Virus record (IMG/VR): IMGVR_UViG_3300021963_000051
Span: 1-64,000 of that record
Origin: a virus
DNA: 64,000 nucleotides
Strand: one strand, 5' to 3'
The number at the start of each line of letters is the position of its first letter. Position 1 is the first letter of the stretch. This document shows, piece by piece, positions 11,601 through 21,672 of this stretch. Both the position numbers and the translations under genes were made by a program. The notes below the pieces were generated by a model. The model saw nothing but the letters and a program-made list of their open reading frames with translations. It did not search any database and was not told where the DNA came from.

Positions 11601-14600
11601 AAAACTTAATTGAGGTTGAGATCTATATCCATAACCGGGATCGATTACTTCAACCTTATATACACTACCATTTCTAACATATGCTTCTGCCCTAGCATGG
11701 TAACCTCCAGAAACTATATCTCCAATAAAAACTACTGTAGGTTTGTTTGTATAACCAGAACCACCATCTGATATATATATTTCCTTTACTGTAAAGTACC
11801 TATTCTGATACCAATCATACACCGTTCCTGTGTTTAAACTAGAACTGTATGAAGACCAAACTTGATTATGACTAGCTCTTATAGTATCGTATCTTTCTAA
11901 ATCTTTATTGTAAAAAGCCGGAACATCAAAATCAGAAAAATAAGAATTACTATTTTCCAAATAATTATTGACATTATTAAAATTACGAACTGTTGTCTTG
12001 AATGGCTTTATCTCATTAATATAGTCTTCTATGTATTTAGAACTATCTAAACTATAGGCAGGACGTTGATCTAAATAATTTGTGCTGCTTTTTACAATAA
12101 CAAAACTTGTCTTAAAAGCCCAATCTATAAAATATTGTTCTGATATAACATATTTTAAGACAGTGAAGAAAAACTTGTTCCAATAAACTTTCAAACCTTC
12201 TGTAAAGATGTCATTTTTTAAGGCAGACAAAATATTAAAAAGCTCTACATCAGGCAATTGATCAAAAAGAGTTTCATCAAGAGATGTAGCGCTGAATCCA
12301 TAATTTGTATTTTTATTCCATAACACATCTTTAAATTTTATAGTTCCATTTCTTTCATATACAATATCAAATTCTTTGGAATAATTTCCAGAAACATTAT
12401 TACTAACTTTACGTAAGACAGCAGGATTACCATTGCCTATATTAGCAACTTTTATATAATCTTGTTCTTTTAGGTCGGTTAGAGACGATAATTCAAAAAC
12501 ATCGTTTAAAATTGCCACATAAGATTTATATGGATCATAATCATTTAATTGAAAATCAACATAGTCCCAATATAGAGAAGTATTATATAACTGAGTCCTA
12601 ATTTTATTCCAGCTGTTCAATGAATAATTAAATGAATATAAGCTCCATCTGTTAGCCGATTGTGAATCAATCTCAACCAATACTGTGTGTGATCTAACAT
12701 CAACAGTTGGTGAAGAAGTATATCCATTTCCTGCCTTGTTGATTACTATATCGACGATTCTCCCTTCTGCATCAATTAAAGCAGAAAGACTCGCATCCTT
12801 ATTTGGTAATATAACAATTTTAGGTGAAAATTTATATCCATAACCGGGATCAATTATATTAACACTTACTATTTTTCCATTATTTACAGTAACAGATATT
12901 CGTGCCTGTTTAAATTTTTCATATCTTATTGAATTCAAATCATTATATTCTGCAACTAGATAATCATACTCACCGGATTCTTCAATTGGGGCTGATTCTT
13001 TTTCTAATAATTTTGTAAAATCATATATACTAGTAGTTCGATTTTCACTCAATGTAGAGTTTACAAAAGAAAATATATTTCGTATAGCTTCAAACCTATT
13101 TTTAAAGATAGTTTGCTGAGGACGAATTGACAACCCGTATCTATTTCTAAATGATAGATTAGGATCAGGAACTAAGTTTCCTAAAGTATCTCTACCTACC
13201 ATACTATCAAAGATTTTCTTTTCTAAATAAGCATTTGGCACAGAAGTAATATCACCCTCGCGCATTAGCATCCATTCTGTATGCTTTGGAATATCGTTAG
13301 TTATATCTGAATAGTTTATATTCAAACTTTCATTTACACTGCTTCCTAAATTTGCCACGGCTATAGAATTTTTTGAAATTATTTCTATAAATCTATGCCC
13401 ATAGCCTAGTGGATCGGCTATCAATCTAGAAACATCAATAGCGCTGATACGACGAGAAGTTTTCTCAGGAACAATTGTTTTATTTTTTACCCAATAAAAA
13501 TATACATTCTCAAAGGCACCAGTAATAGTATTCAAAACCTGTTTAACAGACATGACCGAGTTATCTGGATATTTAGGTTGACCACTAATCCCTTTAGTTA
13601 TTCCCTTGGTGGTATCGGCAATAGCTGCCCATTCACTGGGTAATAGAGTTGATCTTACCCATTCATAAATATCGATGCTGGCGCCAGGAAACAACTTACC
13701 CCAATTATTTTTCCTATAAATTTCATTGCCTTGTTCATACCAAATATATTTCGCTGCGCTAAGATCCCACCATAGTTCTCCAATATGCGGATCAATCCAA
13801 TTAATTTGATTATCCACAACGGTGCTACCTATTCCAATTGAGTAAACGGCGGGGTCGGCACTGAGTTTGTATTTAATTTCTTGATCTGCTATACCTGGTA
13901 TTCTGCCTTTTATAGGATCATATATATCTAAATAATCAATTACTTCCTCATTTTCTAAACTAATTCTACTAACTTTGTTAATTTTGCTTACATCTACCAG
14001 GTCTTCCTCATATCGTAATCTATTCCAAATCTTCTTATTTTTATCTATAATATTGAATTTATAGAAACTAGAAATGTCAGTATCCGATGATATAAAATCT
14101 ATTGTAGGAGCGCCTACATAAATTTCATTGTTAGTTATATTCACAGAATATCCATAATCACTGCCTTGGTTAATATCCTCAGGTAGTAATTCAGTAGCTC
14201 CTATAAAATAATCATTTAGGTTCTGATATATAAAAGTTGATCCGGAATCTGGAACAACTGTAATAAATCTTGTCTGATTAGAATCAAATGTAGTTTCTGT
14301 ATTCCTATTAAAGGCTGTTTTATAAAACTTAACAACTTCTGATTTGTTTGTTCCTAAAGCGGTAATTGCTAACATCTGCTCATTTTCTGAAATATCAATA
14401 TCTTGAGCAAAAATTAAATCTGAATTCTGTATTGGGTTAGAAATAATCTGATTGAGTGAAAATGTTAGATCTGATTGCTTTTTATAGACAGCTACTCTGC
14501 CCAAGGTCTTTCTATCATATGATGCCTTTCTTGAACCGACGAATAAAAACTTACCTGTATCAGAAACAACTACCGTAGTCCCAAATTCATCTGAGCTAGA

Positions 14601-17600
14601 AAAAGGAGATATAATTGTCTGTTTCCAATTTAAATTATTATCAAATATTTGAACAATACCTTTAGCACCATTATCAAAATAATTAGGAGCACTAATAGCT
14701 ATAGTATTTCCAAATCTATCACCCGCTATTTGATATCCCCATTTAGCTCCGCCATTTATTACTACACTAGATGTGCTTACTACTTCTATAGTATTTGTAC
14801 CAAAAAACGGAACTATATCTATAGTTCCTTTTCTTTGATATAATTTATTATTGGTAAATGACCTTGCGTAATCAAATGATAAAGGCTGGGCATCTACAGC
14901 ATTAAAAAATATGTCAATAAATGCTAGACTGTTTGAGTCATATCCATTATTAATTACAATTCTGACCCAGTAGTCCAAGCCGTCACTATCAGGATCTCTG
15001 AACAAACCATATCTTATACCATTAGAAGTATTGTAGATATTATTAGAAACATAGAATGGTAAAATAGATAAAGCAACATTTTTAAAATCATTGAAACCAT
15101 AAGATCCTCTGTATGCTTCTACAAAATTATCTATGTTAAAATCTAAAATATCTACATTCAATAAATTAACTTTATAGGCAAACACCTTACCAGAATAGAT
15201 ATGTCTAGCATTACCCGGAGCTCCTATCAAAAGTGTAGTTGAACTAGTTAAGGCAGTTTGATTTATATAGATAGAATGGCCGAATCTAGAATTAGAATTA
15301 GTTAAAGTATTGTAAGGCTGTGTCAAAACTACTTTAGTCAACTCTCCAGTACTTCTTATATTTAAGGTGCTGATTTTTACCACACCTTCCGACATATAAC
15401 CTCTGCTATTTAAAGTTTGTGAGCTTATAGATACAAGCTGACTAGTAGAAGTAGTGGCTCTAATATTGCTAGCCTTCGGCGCTCCAGCAAAAATAAGTTC
15501 TTTTGAGATATCAAAGTTTAAACTATACCCAAAATCAGTAGAGGTGTTCATTTGAACATAGTTCTGAGTTGAATTCAAAGGATAGGAAAATAATTTATTA
15601 AGATTATTATTAAAATCTTTTCTATAAATCCCTACAGCACCGTAATTTATGGTACCAGGAGCATTATATTCTAAACTACTTACAATGACAATGTTAGTCA
15701 GAGTACTTGCAAATATTGCGCTTCCTAATTTTTGATTAAGAGGTACAGGAGCAGTTTTATATTGGCTTCCTAATGAAATATTCTGTATTTTTTCCAAAAC
15801 TACCCATTTACCATTTTCATCATTGTCGATCCAAACTTTATCACCTTGAGATAAATTGAATTGATTTAAACTAGAATTCCAATCTTGATAATTTTGAAAT
15901 CTTGCCTTTTCAAACTTTAACAATGAGCCGTAGGCAATTAGTTCGTCATTTTCTATGCCTACTATACGAGAAGCTACAGTAAATTGTGTTAGATTAGGAA
16001 TCTCTTGAACAATATAAACACCATTAACTTGATAATTAAACCCAACTACACTTATTATATCACCAATAATTAAATTATGGTGTCCGCTGGTCACAAAGGT
16101 TATCGAGGAACCAGGACTTTGTACAAATACTCCTGTAATTTTAGCCTTTTGCTTTAGATACCTATAAACATCCCAACCACCGTTTTCTAAAAACCCTAAC
16201 CAAATAGTATCACCGTTTTTAATTAAACTATTATTAGCAATATCTAGTAAACTATTTTTATTGTAAGCTGTACCAGTAATATCATCCTGTCTTACATATC
16301 CTGCAGTTCCCATAATAACAGTATTAGAAGCAGTTGAAAAAACATTTTCAATATCTATATTAGTAGGTAATATCAAAAAATCAGTAGTAGAATTGTATTG
16401 AATAAGTTTATTATTTGATTGAGAATTTGAAAAAGAAACAACATATGGATTTTCTACTGTTTGATTTTCTCTAAGTTCAAATTCAATTTCTTTTACACTT
16501 GAGATTGAACCATATTCACCAACTCTTACGGCCCACTCTTCTTGTATTTCTATAGAAGATGTTGCTTTGTTTTTTCCAACCTTTAGAATATTTTCTAAGG
16601 CTTTAATTGTGCCTTTGTCTTTAATAAATCCTTGATAAAATTTATATTGCGCAACCGGATCTGTAATAATTTTATCAAGATAAGGTCTTGGACTATATCC
16701 AATTAAATGTTGAGCGAATTTTTGTTGTTCAAAGTCAAAATTGTCAATATCCAAACTATAAAAATCTTCAAATTGATTAATTTTATATTCAAAATTAGGT
16801 AATAAAACATTATCATATTTTTCATAAAGAGCGGACCATTGATCGAAATTAAATGTTTGACTGCTTTGTATGTTTTCATTTGCCTGATAATATTGACCAT
16901 TGAATCTTACTATATCTGATATAGTATAGGCAGCATATGGTTCCCAATCAGTGTAGTCTCCTGGATAGAATAAAAATCCAGGATTTGATAAATCACCGTT
17001 CCAATTCTTAGTTTTAAATCCGGTTAATTTGATTCTAAATTGTTTATATCCGGTTGGCTTGTCGAAAATTGTATCATTGAACACAGTCGTATTGTTTAAA
17101 ACTAAAATGTGCTCTTTTTGTATAATCTTTAAAGAAGCAAAAAATAATCCGTCCTCAGTATTTTTTACAAAAATTGTAAATCCTTCACTATTACGAACTA
17201 CATCAATATTTTCTTTTGGAAAAAATTTTCCATCAGCATTTTGTAAATTGTACTCTACATTTTCTTTAAAAAGATCCTCTACTACATAATTTTTACTAAA
17301 AAATTTAATTTTGTCAGAGAAAGGAGATAATGTTATTAAATTTCCAGTGGCCCAGTTTTGTGAGGACCAATATAAAAATTCTTTAGCGCTAAAATTCCAA
17401 TTAATTATTTCAAGTAGATCTCTATTATAATTGTCAAAAATAAATCCTAAAGATTCAAGATATTGACCATAACCAATTATCACATCATAGACCTGTTGAG
17501 CAGTAGCAAAGGTCGCTCCGTAAAATATAATAGATTCTTGATTTTCGAAAACATCAGTATGTTGTACAGTGACGCCTCCTGAACTAGGCTGTTTATCTAA

Positions 17601-20600
17601 TAATGTAAAAAACTCACTTTGAAATATCCTGTCTGCACTATGACTTACAATAACTCTATAATATCTCGAATTATAAAAAACCAGTTGACCTTTTTTATAA
17701 AATTTGCTAGTATAAGATCCTGCTGTAGCAATATCAACTGAACTCAATCCTCCTTTTTCACCGCCGTAGTAAGGTTGCCATATACTATAAGGTTCTGGAA
17801 TTCCCCCAATAGTAATTTCTTTAGAATTATTAGAATAAATGGGTTTAAAAATTTTAAAATAAGAATTATATCTATTATATCCCTTAATAGCGTAGCCATT
17901 TTCTATTTTTTGAACTATAATTCCTGATATATCAAATTGCTTTATAGGATCACTTTTATATAATTTAATTGTATAATCTTCATTGGGCAAAACTAGACCA
18001 GGACTATTGCTGTCAGGATCAACTGCATTAATCAAGACTTTTAACTTTTCCTTAGTACTATACCCTCCTAATTTATAGGCAAGATTACTGTCAAGATTGG
18101 CAATATTTTGAGATAATTCTTTCCTATAGTCCTTATCAATAAAAGTACCATACTCTAGAATAAAATTGCCATACCCTGCTGCCGAATCTACGTCATAGGC
18201 TTCTACTAATAATTTCTTAGGACTTAAAAATAAATTATCTTCTTTCCAGACAAACTGTCCTCTAGAATTTATAGAAATTCTAGAGACATCAAATAATCTA
18301 CTCATATAATCTAATGGAGAAATTAATATCATGCATATTTGTAAGGCATAAGGATAAATGCTAGACTGTCTCCACGCTACTTCTGCCGGACTGTGATCTC
18401 CAAATATCCAACTATTATCTCTATTAGATTCTGATTCATTAACCAAAAAGGATTCTATAGGTCTTAAATTTCCAGAAGAATCAGCGGGAATCTGAGCAGC
18501 TAATGATACTCCAGAAGATCTAATTAGGTAATTTATAACTCTGTTGTTTCCTGGCTCTCTGACAAATCCATTAAAAATATCAGTCCACATTGTTGTGTTG
18601 GTTGAACTATAATTACCGGTATAGACAGAGTCCCACCAAATAGGTTTTTCTGCAAAATTTAAACATTCCCATGGATGTGAGTGAGGTCTATCAGTATCAT
18701 ATAAATCTTTAAGAATAGACCTATATGTCCCGTTGTGTACTTTATTAATAATATTATCTATAACATTTTTAAAATTATGAGTTCTTGTATTACTATTGTC
18801 AAATGTTGTATTTTTTCCTACCTCAATTCCATTTTTTACAGCCCAATTAGAATATTCTTTTTCTAGAAAACCGTTAAACTCATCTTTATTAAAATTTGTA
18901 GTCCTAAACGAACCCGGAATCTTATCAAAAATATTAAAAATATTACTACTATAATGTATCTTCAAATTGTTATAGACTCTTAATTCATATTCTAAAAGAA
19001 TAGTATCTCTAAAATCATTAAACGCCTTAATTATAGATCCATCATGACCTACTATTACATTAACAGATCCATAAGAATATCTATTATCAGTAGTAATAAT
19101 AGGTTTAGTAGCAGGATATAATCCCAACTTTGTAGGAGTAGGTGCAATAAAATTACCCAATGTATTTGAATAATAATTTATTGTAAATTTATTACCTATT
19201 AACCATTGACTGTTATCTACTAAAATTGTAAATGTACCATTATTGTAATTTAAAGAATAATCTATTCCATAGATTAACATTCTACCACTGTAATAAATGT
19301 AAAAGGCTTTGTATGATAATCTTGTTAAATCAAATTGATCAGGTAAAGGAAAAGTTTTTTGAATTTGGCTTACGATAATATATTCTTTTGAAAATTTTAC
19401 ATTTCCAAATCCAACCATATCGGAATTATAAAATGATTGATTAGAAAATTTTGTTGTACCTAATTCTAATAAAATATTATCTAAAGCAGCAACAGGATCA
19501 TTAGTGTAATTATAAAGTTCAATTTTTCTTAATAGATTTTGTTTAAAAAAATTATACTGATTTCCAACCCATCTTATGGAATTAATTACATTAACGTCTG
19601 ATTTTCCTAAAAATAATTGAAGAAATGAAATAGGATTTTCATTCATTATAATTCTATTACCAAGTCCCCAATCTAAAGGCGGCCTATCTCTTAAATTACT
19701 TCTTCCTGGAAACACTCCTCGAAATCTCGTATCCTTAAAAACAATTGTTTCTATATGATCAACTAATTGACTATAAGTTATAGTTGAAATTTTTTCATTG
19801 AAAGGGTTGTTTTGAAGACTAATAACAGGTGCATAATAACCATTTGAATTAGGAGTTTGAGTTGAAATTGTACGGAGCGTTACAAAATTATTCTCTGCTA
19901 TGACACGCGATGAATTTATTACTATTCCAAAAGAAGTCACAGTAAAACTAGATGTTGTAAACCGATCATTTACAGATAAAAAGGTTCTTGTAGGGGTATA
20001 AACTGGATTATCGAAGGCACTAACCTTGAAACTATTTGTAGATTCTGTAGTAATAAATGATTCAATTACCACTTGGGGTAATTGAAAAGAAGTACCATAA
20101 AGATTTCTCAAAAAGGGAACATAGGTAACATCCTCAATTCTATACTGTTTGAAAAAATATTCTTCTACAGATTTTTCAACAGAAACACCATCTATGATAA
20201 AATTTATAGATTCCGTTCCTTGATAATTTTCAAATTGAAAACTGCTTATACCAACTAAATTTTGATTTACAGAAATAGGAAATCCCAAAATTTCATCATT
20301 TTTACCACTACCAATCTTATATCCAAATAATTTGGTTCCAGAAAAATTATTTTCAGCTGAGATATCATTAAGTCCTATGCCTTCCGAATCATATAAATCA
20401 AACAGTGGTGCTTGATTTAGTTTAGTCTTATTTTGAGATTCTACCCAAGTATCATCAGTATCATTATAATGAAAAGATTTACCTTTATACTTCACACCTA
20501 AGTTTACAGAAATAGAATCATTATCTATAACCGATACATTTACATCTTCAGTAAAGTAAATTAAGTTAGTCCCTGTGGTAAAATTAACAATATAGATCTT

Positions 20601-21671
20601 TTTCCTATCATTAACATTTTGATTAGCATTAAAAATAACTCTATAATTCTTATCTAATGGCACGCCATCTATATAAAATCCTATGTTACCAGTAATAGTA
20701 TCCAAAGGAACTTCTAAATTATCATCATAAAGGTCAATCGATCCAACACTTTTTAATCCGAAATTAAATAATTTGAGATTATAAGCAAACTCTACAATAG
20801 GTCTTTTAGCCCTCAAGCGATAATCATATAAAGGCAGTGTATTATTATACTGAGCACTGATAGCAATTATATCTGCATGAAACCATCTATTATATCTAGA
20901 CCAGGGATTTAAATCCCTACTGCCTCTATTAATTGTTACATATTCCGGAACAGTAGCAGCAGGATTACTGCTGTCAAATCCATAATAGTCAAATGGAAAA
21001 CTATCAAATGTCTCGCTGATCATTTGAGTAATATCACTGTTTAAAACTAAATTATCAAATTTTACAAGGGAGATCTTACCTCCAACTCCTTCAACAATGT
21101 ATTCAGTAGCAGATGAAATATAAGTTCCAGAAGATACATATGATGTAGTTGTTATAACCTTCATTCCATTTGATAATATTATTCCATTGGTAAAAGTATA
21201 TCTGTCTCTATTGATAAAATCTTCACTAGGAATAACAATCGGATCTGGTCCGTTAGGAAGCCAATAATACTGGTCATAATTGGAAAATTTATCAAAATCA
21301 ATTGGGGGAGCGTAACTATATACGACAGTATTAAACAACCTATCTAAATTTTCAGTAAAAGCACCTTCTATAGTTAATCTGTTTAATATATCTTCATAAA
21401 AAATACTATCTGTAACATTACCTTGAATATCTTTAAAAATTAAAGCAGGCTCAAACTGATAGGCAGACCTCCTATCTACAATGTCTTGTAGATAAACATC
21501 ATTTACAGGATCATAAGTTGGTGTCAGTTTAGATCCAACATACCCATCAATCCTCTCTAATTCTGGGTTTTGTAAAAGTTCATCTAATGTACTAGACAAA
21601 AACTTTTTATTCTTATCGGTTTGAAGATAATCAGGAAGAAAATTAACAGATTTTTTATTAGAGTCTGCCAT
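8628..21671 (-). CDS. Giant baseplate wedge protein (gp7-like) with CBM5/12-like, FG-GAP propeller, GxGY repeat, Calx-beta-like and S74 chaperone modules
   Basis: 4347-aa ORF directly after the gp6-like gene. Motifs: WEPYAAYTISDIVRFNGQYYQA; FG.S/GAP repeats; DPGYGY/DGGSGY; three EG...D...E.TETF repeats; SDARLKSDI near the C-terminus. Confidence 0.75.
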   Translation of the reverse strand: MADSNKKSVNFLPDYLQTDKNKKFLSSTLDELLQNPELERIDGYVGSKLTPTYDPVNDVYLQDIVDRRSAYQFEPALIFKDIQGNVTDSIFYEDILNRLTIEGAFTENLDRLFNTVVYSYAPPIDFDKFSNYDQYYWLPNGPDPIVIPSEDFINRDRYTFTNGIILSNGMKVITTTSYVSSGTYISSATEYIVEGVGGKISLVKFDNLVLNSDITQMISETFDSFPFDYYGFDSSNPAATVPEYVTINRGSRDLNPWSRYNRWFHADIIAISAQYNNTLPLYDYRLRAKRPIVEFAYNLKLFNFGLKSVGSIDLYDDNLEVPLDTITGNIGFYIDGVPLDKNYRVIFNANQNVNDRKKIYIVNFTTGTNLIYFTEDVNVSVIDNDSISVNLGVKYKGKSFHYNDTDDTWVESQNKTKLNQAPLFDLYDSEGIGLNDISAENNFSGTKLFGYKIGSGKNDEILGFPISVNQNLVGISSFQFENYQGTESINFIIDGVSVEKSVEEYFFKQYRIEDVTYVPFLRNLYGTSFQLPQVVIESFITTESTNSFKVSAFDNPVYTPTRTFLSVNDRFTTSSFTVTSFGIVINSSRVIAENNFVTLRTISTQTPNSNGYYAPVISLQNNPFNEKISTITYSQLVDHIETIVFKDTRFRGVFPGRSNLRDRPPLDWGLGNRIIMNENPISFLQLFLGKSDVNVINSIRWVGNQYNFFKQNLLRKIELYNYTNDPVAALDNILLELGTTKFSNQSFYNSDMVGFGNVKFSKEYIIVSQIQKTFPLPDQFDLTRLSYKAFYIYYSGRMLIYGIDYSLNYNNGTFTILVDNSQWLIGNKFTINYYSNTLGNFIAPTPTKLGLYPATKPIITTDNRYSYGSVNVIVGHDGSIIKAFNDFRDTILLEYELRVYNNLKIHYSSNIFNIFDKIPGSFRTTNFNKDEFNGFLEKEYSNWAVKNGIEVGKNTTFDNSNTRTHNFKNVIDNIINKVHNGTYRSILKDLYDTDRPHSHPWECLNFAEKPIWWDSVYTGNYSSTNTTMWTDIFNGFVREPGNNRVINYLIRSSGVSLAAQIPADSSGNLRPIESFLVNESESNRDNSWIFGDHSPAEVAWRQSSIYPYALQICMILISPLDYMSRLFDVSRISINSRGQFVWKEDNLFLSPKKLLVEAYDVDSAAGYGNFILEYGTFIDKDYRKELSQNIANLDSNLAYKLGGYSTKEKLKVLINAVDPDSNSPGLVLPNEDYTIKLYKSDPIKQFDISGIIVQKIENGYAIKGYNRYNSYFKIFKPIYSNNSKEITIGGIPEPYSIWQPYYGGEKGGLSSVDIATAGSYTSKFYKKGQLVFYNSRYYRVIVSHSADRIFQSEFFTLLDKQPSSGGVTVQHTDVFENQESIIFYGATFATAQQVYDVIIGYGQYLESLGFIFDNYNRDLLEIINWNFSAKEFLYWSSQNWATGNLITLSPFSDKIKFFSKNYVVEDLFKENVEYNLQNADGKFFPKENIDVVRNSEGFTIFVKNTEDGLFFASLKIIQKEHILVLNNTTVFNDTIFDKPTGYKQFRIKLTGFKTKNWNGDLSNPGFLFYPGDYTDWEPYAAYTISDIVRFNGQYYQANENIQSSQTFNFDQWSALYEKYDNVLLPNFEYKINQFEDFYSLDIDNFDFEQQKFAQHLIGYSPRPYLDKIITDPVAQYKFYQGFIKDKGTIKALENILKVGKNKATSSIEIQEEWAVRVGEYGSISSVKEIEFELRENQTVENPYVVSFSNSQSNNKLIQYNSTTDFLILPTNIDIENVFSTASNTVIMGTAGYVRQDDITGTAYNKNSLLDIANNSLIKNGDTIWLGFLENGGWDVYRYLKQKAKITGVFVQSPGSSITFVTSGHHNLIIGDIISVVGFNYQVNGVYIVQEIPNLTQFTVASRIVGIENDELIAYGSLLKFEKARFQNYQDWNSSLNQFNLSQGDKVWIDNDENGKWVVLEKIQNISLGSQYKTAPVPLNQKLGSAIFASTLTNIVIVSSLEYNAPGTINYGAVGIYRKDFNNNLNKLFSYPLNSTQNYVQMNTSTDFGYSLNFDISKELIFAGAPKASNIRATTSTSQLVSISSQTLNSRGYMSEGVVKISTLNIRSTGELTKVVLTQPYNTLTNSNSRFGHSIYINQTALTSSTTLLIGAPGNARHIYSGKVFAYKVNLLNVDILDFNIDNFVEAYRGSYGFNDFKNVALSILPFYVSNNIYNTSNGIRYGLFRDPDSDGLDYWVRIVINNGYDSNSLAFIDIFFNAVDAQPLSFDYARSFTNNKLYQRKGTIDIVPFFGTNTIEVVSTSSVVINGGAKWGYQIAGDRFGNTIAISAPNYFDNGAKGIVQIFDNNLNWKQTIISPFSSSDEFGTTVVVSDTGKFLFVGSRKASYDRKTLGRVAVYKKQSDLTFSLNQIISNPIQNSDLIFAQDIDISENEQMLAITALGTNKSEVVKFYKTAFNRNTETTFDSNQTRFITVVPDSGSTFIYQNLNDYFIGATELLPEDINQGSDYGYSVNITNNEIYVGAPTIDFISSDTDISSFYKFNIIDKNKKIWNRLRYEEDLVDVSKINKVSRISLENEEVIDYLDIYDPIKGRIPGIADQEIKYKLSADPAVYSIGIGSTVVDNQINWIDPHIGELWWDLSAAKYIWYEQGNEIYRKNNWGKLFPGASIDIYEWVRSTLLPSEWAAIADTTKGITKGISGQPKYPDNSVMSVKQVLNTITGAFENVYFYWVKNKTIVPEKTSRRISAIDVSRLIADPLGYGHRFIEIISKNSIAVANLGSSVNESLNINYSDITNDIPKHTEWMLMREGDITSVPNAYLEKKIFDSMVGRDTLGNLVPDPNLSFRNRYGLSIRPQQTIFKNRFEAIRNIFSFVNSTLSENRTTSIYDFTKLLEKESAPIEESGEYDYLVAEYNDLNSIRYEKFKQARISVTVNNGKIVSVNIIDPGYGYKFSPKIVILPNKDASLSALIDAEGRIVDIVINKAGNGYTSSPTVDVRSHTVLVEIDSQSANRWSLYSFNYSLNSWNKIRTQLYNTSLYWDYVDFQLNDYDPYKSYVAILNDVFELSSLTDLKEQDYIKVANIGNGNPAVLRKVSNNVSGNYSKEFDIVYERNGTIKFKDVLWNKNTNYGFSATSLDETLFDQLPDVELFNILSALKNDIFTEGLKVYWNKFFFTVLKYVISEQYFIDWAFKTSFVIVKSSTNYLDQRPAYSLDSSKYIEDYINEIKPFKTTVRNFNNVNNYLENSNSYFSDFDVPAFYNKDLERYDTIRASHNQVWSSYSSSLNTGTVYDWYQNRYFTVKEIYISDGGSGYTNKPTVVFIGDIVSGGYHARAEAYVRNGSVYKVEVIDPGYGYRSQPQLSFTNGGAVTRHASGSVIIENRQVRSNTIGIKFDRYTRSSELGNRQIIFETVTNGSQIEFELPYKAEADKLSIFVTLNKKIVLGSNYRIEHFSKDTNKFAKNYSKFIFVNFIPPQGQFLQIVFNKHIDLYNAIDRIEEFYQPTVNMVEKSLPLLIKGLEYPYTQFNGLKFDYSPPLGQGSPLGWNDLTNNYAKSKLRSQATVSDRTLALESIQGIVPGQILTLLGTTSNYFRTDTVVQSVNSITNTIDITIPVYEIANAVSTSTALGSYIRIDTRQPFNGALRTGDQIQISGVVTGGFNGRYTIYEINDNNTFVVTATSILSAVTANFITATVTVCSILNNIAVNNRVLGSINFQIGPCFNEEYILTARSPAIMEGYTATFTLSGLDLYYGTGKTIGYLITGTNITSGDFAGGLTGTISTSVTSLPLNFSITTLSDGTVESTETFYVSVYSYLTSGTVNTYPVATTSMKLRDRPTGPPAYYISAYKNGNLVSSPVNEGDIISYVISATNVDFGSDGRILQVIGSGTNITTGDITAGVLTATSAPLYSLDELPISFDVQISEDLLTEGTENFSVYLKTWLNVLEVTSSTFSTSTTITINDTSFTNPPSYTLTSNSPVGEGSIVTITLTTLNLPNGHQVPYSISTVTGNISLADLSTSSYVGTLTLITTAIPTQASVQKQFNIAVDALSEPTETFRFTLPTVVSSIGMVYGQSYIDVSITDQVVNEFGQTPSRLVSKTVNNNVAFGRIVIESSGTFNLSIQPIDAAYGSGVYVTPYLQRWAIDSTGLTGLYVRARLDPLNEWSADVSFTGPGFGSIIDVAYLNTYQYNQVNGSWVTIATAASTPVNGQLGWYASANYTGVGPSVAKFNLTIEISTSTSGVVIASGTYYVEVDAQTTVFDTVFLDPGGELSDARLKSDIKKIGIHQLGFGLYEYMLFDKKEQGVLAQEVMLFNPDAVNVGKDGYYRVNYNKLDISRMKNSLGDIILRESPPRGFVQ

Positions 21672-21672
21672 T